Assembly: GCA_027064305.1 (NCBI GenBank)
Contig: JAMOPY010000046.1
Location: forward strand, 1 to 62,449
DNA length: 62,449 nucleotides
Direction: 5' to 3'
Source of the DNA: Methanobacteriota archaeon
GTDB lineage: Archaea; JAADCQ01; Methanopyri; Methanopyrales; Methanopyraceae
Below, piece by piece: positions 57,345 through 62,449 of this stretch; the stretch's first letter is position 1, and each line of letters begins with the position of its first letter. The notes beneath the pieces are model-generated. The model was not told where the DNA came from. It worked only from the letters and a program-made list of their open reading frames with translations, and did not search any database. The translations under genes and the position numbers were made by a program.

Positions 57345-58243
57345 CGCTCTCGCTCCAGTCTCTCCAGCTCCTCCCACTGTTCATCCACCATCCTCTGGAT
57401 CTCTTCGATCTCCTCCTCCGTCAGGTGCTGGAAGCGCTTCTGCCGCTTGAGGTACTCCTCCACGGGCTTCCGCTCCCTGGGCCGGTAGGTTAGCCGGAAC
57501 TCCCCGTCCTCGACCTCGTACAGGACCCACATCCCGGTGTCCACGGCCAGCTCTCCGATCTCCACGGTCTCGGAGGAGTCGTAGCCCCAGCCGGGCGGGC
57601 ACGGGCAGAGGACGTGGATGTAGGCGGGCCCATCCGTCTCCTTGGCCTTCTCCACCTTCTTGATGAGATCCTGGGGGTGCGAGATGCAGGCGGTGGCGAC
57701 GTAGGGGACGCCGTGGTCGACCATGATCCGGGGCATGTCCTTCTTGGGACGCATCTCGCCGCGCCAGACCTTGCCCGCGGGGGTGGTGGTCGTGGCCGCG
57801 TAGGGCGGGGTGGCGCCGCTGCGCTGCACGCCGGTGTTCATGTAGGCCTCGTTGTCGTAGCAGATGTACACGACGTTGTGCCCGCGTTCCGCCATCCCGG
57901 ACAGGGCCTGGAAGCCGATGTCGACGGTGCCCCCGTCGCCCGAGAAGACGGCGACGGTCACGTCCTCCCTGTCGAGCGCCTTCAGGGCGCGCTCCACGCC
58001 GGAGGCGACCGCGGCGGCGTTCTCGAAGGCCACGTGGATCCAGGGGACCTCCCACGCGGTCTCGGGGTACGGGGTGGTGGTCACCTCGATGCAGCCGGTG
58101 GAGGTGACGACGATGGTGTTCCGCCCGAGCGCCTTGAGGCACAGTCGGACGCACAGGGCGGATCCGCAACCGGCGCAGGCGCGGTGTCCGGGGGCGAGCA
58201 GCTCCTCCTTGGGAATGGGCAGCCTGGGCTTCCGCCCGCTCAA
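57341..58243 (-). CDS. porB: Pyruvate:ferredoxin oxidoreductase beta subunit
   Basis: [35 protein letters not shown]. Confidence 0.93.
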   Translation of the reverse strand: MSGRKPRLPIPKEELLAPGHRACAGCGSALCVRLCLKALGRNTIVVTSTGCIEVTTTPYPETAWEVPWIHVAFENAAAVASGVERALKALDREDVTVAVFSGDGGTVDIGFQALSGMAERGHNVVYICYDNEAYMNTGVQRSGATPPYAATTTTPAGKVWRGEMRPKKDMPRIMVDHGVPYVATACISHPQDLIKKVEKAKETDGPAYIHVLCPCPPGWGYDSSETVEIGELAVDTGMWVLYEVEDGEFRLTYRPRERKPVEEYLKRQKRFQHLTEEEIEEIQRMVDEQWEELERLERER

Positions 58244-58254
58244 CCCGGGCCCCC

Positions 58255-59418
58255 CTACACGTTCACGTTGATCCACACGGGCTCGTCCGTGCCCTTACCC
58301 TCCTCCGCGACCTTGATCGCCCGGAGCACGTCCTCGGGTCGGACGTCCCGGCCCCCGAGCCCGGCGATCGTGGAGGAGACCTCCACGTCCGGGGCGTGCG
58401 CCTTCACGTCGGTCCATAGGGGCGGCATGGCCCCGTACGAGTGCGTGCGGTCGATGGTGACGACGCCCTCCCGGTCCTGGATGATCTCGGCGATCCGGTC
58501 GCCGGGGAAGGGTCGGTAGGCCTTGACGCGGACGAGCCCGACGTCGGGGCGCTCCTCGTCGATCACGTGCTTGACGGTGCCGCAGACGGAGCCCATCGCG
58601 ATCACGATGTAGTCCGCGTCCTCGGTGTTGTACTCCTCCACCAGCCCGTCCCCGTACGAGCGGCCGAACGCGTCCGAGAATTCCCGGTTGACCTCCCCGA
58701 TAACCTCGCGGGCGCGCTCCATCGCCTCGTGCTGCATCTTCTTGAACTCCATGTAGCAGTCCGGGCCGCCGACGGGGCCGATCGTCATGGGCTCCTCCGG
58801 GTCGAGCCGGCAGTGCACGGGCTCGAACTCGCCGACGAACTCGCGCACCCGCTCCTCGTCGGGGATAGCGACGGGTTCGAGCGTGTGTGAGAGGGTGAAC
58901 CCGTCGAAGCAGACCATCACGGGGAGGAGCACGTCCTCGTGCTCGGCGATGCGGTAGGCCTGGATGATCGTGTCGAGGATCTCCTGGTTGGACTCGCAGT
59001 ATAGCTGGATCCAGCAGGTGTCTCGCTGGGCCACGGTGTCGGAGTGGTCGCACCAGATGTTGATAGGGGCGGAGAGGGCGCGGTTGGCCACGGCCATGAC
59101 GATGGGGAGCCTCAGCCCGGAGGCGATGAAGAGCACCTCGTGCATCAGCGCCAGCCCCTGGGAGGCGGTGGCCGTGAATACGCGTACGCCGGTCGCGGAG
59201 GCGCCGACGACGGCGCTGATGGCGCTGTGCTCGGACTCGACGTGGATGAACTCCGCGTCCAGCTCGCCGTTGGCGATGAACTCGGAGAGGTACTCGACGA
59301 TGGGGGTCTGCGGGGTGATGGGGTACGCGGCGATGACGTCGACGTCGACCAGGCGCACCGCCTCCGCCGCCGCGTAGTTCCCGTTGATCACGCGCACGTC
59401 GGGCCCGAGCTCGGTCAA
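58255..59418 (-). CDS. porA: Pyruvate:ferredoxin oxidoreductase alpha subunit
   Basis: [40 protein letters not shown]. Confidence 0.93.
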   Translation of the reverse strand: MTELGPDVRVINGNYAAAEAVRLVDVDVIAAYPITPQTPIVEYLSEFIANGELDAEFIHVESEHSAISAVVGASATGVRVFTATASQGLALMHEVLFIASGLRLPIVMAVANRALSAPINIWCDHSDTVAQRDTCWIQLYCESNQEILDTIIQAYRIAEHEDVLLPVMVCFDGFTLSHTLEPVAIPDEERVREFVGEFEPVHCRLDPEEPMTIGPVGGPDCYMEFKKMQHEAMERAREVIGEVNREFSDAFGRSYGDGLVEEYNTEDADYIVIAMGSVCGTVKHVIDEERPDVGLVRVKAYRPFPGDRIAEIIQDREGVVTIDRTHSYGAMPPLWTDVKAHAPDVEVSSTIAGLGGRDVRPEDVLRAIKVAEEGKGTDEPVWINVNV

Positions 59419-59431
59419 TTTGGGGTCCCCT

Positions 59432-59698
59432 CTACTCCATCTCCTCCTCCAACACCATCTCGATGGCGTCGACGGGGCAGACTTTCGCGCAGATCCCGCA
59501 GCCCTTGCAGTACTCGTAGTCGATCTTGAACGCGTCCTCCGCGGGCCGGACGCAGCCGTCCGGGCAGAACATGAAGCACCGGGCGCACCCGACGCACTTG
59601 TCCTCATCCAGAACGGGGCGGAAGACCCTCCACCGTCCCGTCTTGTTCCGGCGCGTGCTGCCGGGCTCCTTGATGACGGCCCCGATCGTGTACTCCAT
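59432..59698 (-). CDS. porD: Pyruvate:ferredoxin oxidoreductase delta subunit
   Basis: KTGRWRVFRP, CVGCARC, YCKGCGICAKVCP. Confidence 0.93.
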   Translation of the reverse strand: MEYTIGAVIKEPGSTRRNKTGRWRVFRPVLDEDKCVGCARCFMFCPDGCVRPAEDAFKIDYEYCKGCGICAKVCPVDAIEMVLEEEME

Positions 59699-59699
59699 C

Positions 59700-60251
59700 T
59701 CACTCAATCCGCTCCACCTCCTCGTACGCCCGCTCCACGGCCCGGACGTTCTTCTCGGCGATCTCACCGGAGAATCGAACGCGGATGGCCTCCCTCACGG
59801 CGTCCAGGGACAGCACCTTCGAGGCGCGGAGGTAGGCGCCCACCATGGCGGTGTTCACGATGGGCACGCCGAGCTCGTCCAGCGCGATCTCGGTGGCGTC
59901 GACCGCGTAGACCCGGTACCCGGACAGCCGCTCGAGCACGTCGTTCCAGTTGTCCTCCGGGGCGTTAATAACGACCAGCCCGTCCTCCCGGAGCCCCTCG
60001 GTCACGTCCACCACGCTCATCAGGCTCGGGTCCAGGACGATGATGTGGTCCGGCCGGTAGATCTGGGAGCGCACCCGGATGAACTCGTCCGAGATCCGGG
60101 CGAACGCCGTCACGGGCGCGCCCCGTCGTTCCACGCCGAAGAACGGAAACGCCTGGGAGTACTTCCCGTCCTCCTTCGCGGCGATCGCCAGGATCTCGGC
60201 CGCGGTCACGGCCCCCTGGCCGCCCCGGCCGTGGATGCGGATCTCGATCAC
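59700..60251 (-). CDS. porC: Pyruvate:ferredoxin oxidoreductase gamma subunit
   Basis: IRIHGRGGQGAVT, FGVERRGAPV, NTAMVGA. Confidence 0.93.
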   Translation of the reverse strand: MIEIRIHGRGGQGAVTAAEILAIAAKEDGKYSQAFPFFGVERRGAPVTAFARISDEFIRVRSQIYRPDHIIVLDPSLMSVVDVTEGLREDGLVVINAPEDNWNDVLERLSGYRVYAVDATEIALDELGVPIVNTAMVGAYLRASKVLSLDAVREAIRVRFSGEIAEKNVRAVERAYEEVERIE

Positions 60252-60263
60252 GCGGCCTCCCCC

Positions 60264-61067
60264 TCACGGGAACTCCTTCGGGTACGAGCCCAACACCTTC
60301 GAGAAGGGGGTACGCTCCCGGAGCTCGGCGAGGGCCTCGCTCCCGGGGTACAGCATGCGGTGACCCTCGAAGTCCAGGAAGAACACGTAATCCCCCAGGC
60401 CGCTCTTCGCGGGCCGGGACTCGATCTTGGTCAGGTTGATCCCCCGGTCCGCGAAGATCCCGAGCACCTCGCGCAGCGCGCCGGGCCGATCCGTGACGGA
60501 GAACACCACGGAGGTCTTGTCCTCGCGCGTGGGGGCCCGGTCCCGGGTGGAGAGGATCGCGAACCGAGTCTCGTTGTTCTCCAGCCGGATCTCCCGCACC
60601 ACGTCGAGGTCGAACCGCTCGGCCAGCCGGGGCGGACCCAGGGCGTAGCCTCCCTCCTCCGCGGCCCGCCTCGCCGCCTCGGCCGTGCTGGAGGTGGGGA
60701 CGAACTCGTGCTCCCCCAGCTCGTCCCGGAGGACGTCCCGCGCCTGCTCGTACGCGTGAGGGTGAGAGTAAACCACGTTCTCCTCCTTCTTCCCGACCAT
60801 GAGCGCGTGCACGATCGGCAGCACGATCTCCCCGAACACCCGCACGTCCCTTCGCAGGAAGTTGTCCAGGGTCTCGCCCACGGATCCCTCCAGCGAGTTC
60901 TCCCACGGCACGACGCCGAACTCCGCGTCCCCACGCTCGACCCGCGAGAAGACCTCGGTGATCGTGTCGGAGGGACGGAGCTCCGCGTCGTCCCACCCCA
61001 TCCCGCCCAGGAACTCACGGGCGGCCTCCTCCGTGAACGTGCCCGGTGGCCCCAGGTAGGCGATCAC
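60264..61067 (-). CDS. pheA: Prephenate dehydratase
   Basis: YLGPPGTF, ENSLEG, NETRF, DRPGAL, LTKIESRP. Confidence 0.94.
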   Translation of the reverse strand: MIAYLGPPGTFTEEAAREFLGGMGWDDAELRPSDTITEVFSRVERGDAEFGVVPWENSLEGSVGETLDNFLRRDVRVFGEIVLPIVHALMVGKKEENVVYSHPHAYEQARDVLRDELGEHEFVPTSSTAEAARRAAEEGGYALGPPRLAERFDLDVVREIRLENNETRFAILSTRDRAPTREDKTSVVFSVTDRPGALREVLGIFADRGINLTKIESRPAKSGLGDYVFFLDFEGHRMLYPGSEALAELRERTPFSKVLGSYPKEFP

Positions 61068-62050
61068 CGGCGAGAAATTCGCACCCCCAGGACCTCCCGG
61101 GCTCCGGACGCGATCTCCGCCGCGATCAGCGCCAATCCCCTCGAAGCCGGCTCGGGCGGCAGCACTCCGACGACGTTAAAAGTCTTACTCAGAAGACCGC
61201 GGAGCGCGCTCACGAAGTCCTCATCCTCCGCCAACCCGCCACCGATCCAGGCCTCGTCGCACCCGTAGACCGCGCCCAGCCCCGCCACCTCCCACGCCAC
61301 CAGCCTCGCCAGCGCCTCCTTCCACTCCCGACCGCACCGCTCCCGAAACGCGTCCACGGCGTCCGACACGCTCTCGTCGACGCAGTCCGCCACCTTCACC
61401 ACGCCGCCCCGGGAGAAGGCCTCGTTGGCCGAGCACTCCCCCGCGTCCACGGCCCGGATCGCCTCCAGGTCCAGCGGGCCCTGCAGCACCCCGGGGGCTC
61501 CGAGGCACGCGTCGATCCCGCCGATCACCCGGCCCCCCTTGACGACCACGGAGACCGTGTTCGAGCTCGCGTCGCAGACGACCAGGTCCTCCCCCTCCGA
61601 GAGCTCCAGCGCCATCCTCGCGGTTCCGAGCTTCTCCCCGCTGCCCACGTGAGAGAAGACGCGGAAGGCCCGGTCCAGGCCCGGGGTGTCCCGGTGCAGG
61701 CCCGGTGCCAGGTACGCCTCCACGTCCAACCGCAGCAGGTCCTCGATCATCCGGCGGCCCGCCCCGAACTCCGGGCCCGCGCCCCCGGTATCCCTCAGCC
61801 CGAAGCCCACGCCGATCTCCTCCGCCTCCTCCAGCGGGGTGAACTCGGTCAGCGCGTCCCCCATCCCGTAGTTCAGGCACACGCACTCCGCCTCGCGCAG
61901 CGCCTCCGCCGCGGGCTCGGGGAGGGCCCTCAGCAGCCCCTTGCGCGCCACCTCCGGTCGCGGTGCCTTGCCCAGGAACCTCGGCCTACCCTCGCCGTCG
62001 TACGCGGCGACCTTCATCCCCGACGTCCCGTGGTCGATCCCCACGTACAT
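61064..62050 (-). CDS. Methanogenesis marker protein 12 (UPF0285, ASKHA fold)
   Basis: VGIDHGTSG, NYGMGD, FSHVGSGEKLG, DASSNTV, GGIDAC, GPLDLE. Confidence 0.85.
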   Translation of the reverse strand: MYVGIDHGTSGMKVAAYDGEGRPRFLGKAPRPEVARKGLLRALPEPAAEALREAECVCLNYGMGDALTEFTPLEEAEEIGVGFGLRDTGGAGPEFGAGRRMIEDLLRLDVEAYLAPGLHRDTPGLDRAFRVFSHVGSGEKLGTARMALELSEGEDLVVCDASSNTVSVVVKGGRVIGGIDACLGAPGVLQGPLDLEAIRAVDAGECSANEAFSRGGVVKVADCVDESVSDAVDAFRERCGREWKEALARLVAWEVAGLGAVYGCDEAWIGGGLAEDEDFVSALRGLLSKTFNVVGVLPPEPASRGLALIAAEIASGAREVLGVRISRR

Positions 62051-62051
62051 G

Positions 62052-62449
62052 CTAGAGCCGCACCCGCAGGAGCTCGTGCTCGCCCGTCTCCGGGTCCACC
62101 CTCAGCGAGCCGAACTGGACGACCCGCACCGAGCGCTCGTGGATCAGACGGCCCTCGACGATCAGGCGTCCCTCCTCGAGGTCCAGCTCCCGGAGCACGC
62201 CGATGCCCAGCAAGTCGCCCACCCCGTCGCACAGGCCGACGAGGATGTCCCGGAGCTCGCGCTCGTTGATCACGATCAGCTCCGAGATCCCGAGCAGGCG
62301 CCGGAGCTCGCGGGCGTGGCGGCCGCCCCGACCGATGATGCGGCCCGCCTCGTCCTTGACGACGAGCACGACCGCGTCGGGCGAGCGCTCGAAGTAGACG
62401 ACGTCGGGCTCCACCTTGGAGACGGCCTTGATCAGCGCGATCAGCTCGT
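62052..62449 (-). CDS. C-terminal part of a probable Clp1/Grc3 polynucleotide kinase with a KH-like segment (partial)
   Basis: ILVGLCDGVGDLLGIGVLRELD...FGSLRVD resembles the Clp1 C-terminal domain; IIGRGG. Confidence 0.55.
   Translation of the reverse strand, partial: ELIALIKAVSKVEPDVVYFERSPDAVVLVVKDEAGRIIGRGGRHARELRRLLGISELIVINERELRDILVGLCDGVGDLLGIGVLRELDLEEGRLIVEGRLIHERSVRVVQFGSLRVDPETGEHELLRVRL

Overview
High-GC archaeal chromosomal window from a hydrogenotrophic methanogen. It is most likely Methanopyrus-like: both tRNAs have C at position 8, and the window has mtd, the hcg cluster, atwA, methanogenesis marker 12, a Ser-start RFC intein and frequent GTG/TTG/ATC starts. Most of the window is core genome: the end of the spc ribosomal operon (L19e-L18-S5-L30-L15-secY-adk-DUF106-L34e-cmk), hcgA-G with mtd, TIP49-rfcS(intein)-rfcL, L12, rtcA, ribK/ribB, atwA, ABCE1, Rqc2, purO, fumarate hydratase, porCDAB and pheA. 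The unusual parts are: (1) a 3.4 kb cassette between tRNA-Phe (intron) and tRNA-Gly. It encodes a free-standing, splicing-dead, RtcB-intein-like protein with two tandem LAGLIDADG domains, a DPPY methyltransferase with an apparent ATC start, and an MBL hydrolase. Both tRNAs are followed by the same 16-mer, part of an ATCGTTAY-N7-GTAACGAT palindrome. (2) A third copy of that palindrome precedes an XPD/DinG-like helicase split by an in-frame TGA near the HD1/HD2 boundary. (3) All seven hcg genes are present but hmd is not, and a U32 Fe-S protein follows hcgB directly. (4) Intergenic gaps hold three box C/D sRNAs and an H/ACA sRNA. (5) A CBS-HPF fusion lies between ABCE1 and Rqc2. All family assignments are from recalled motifs; no database search was run.
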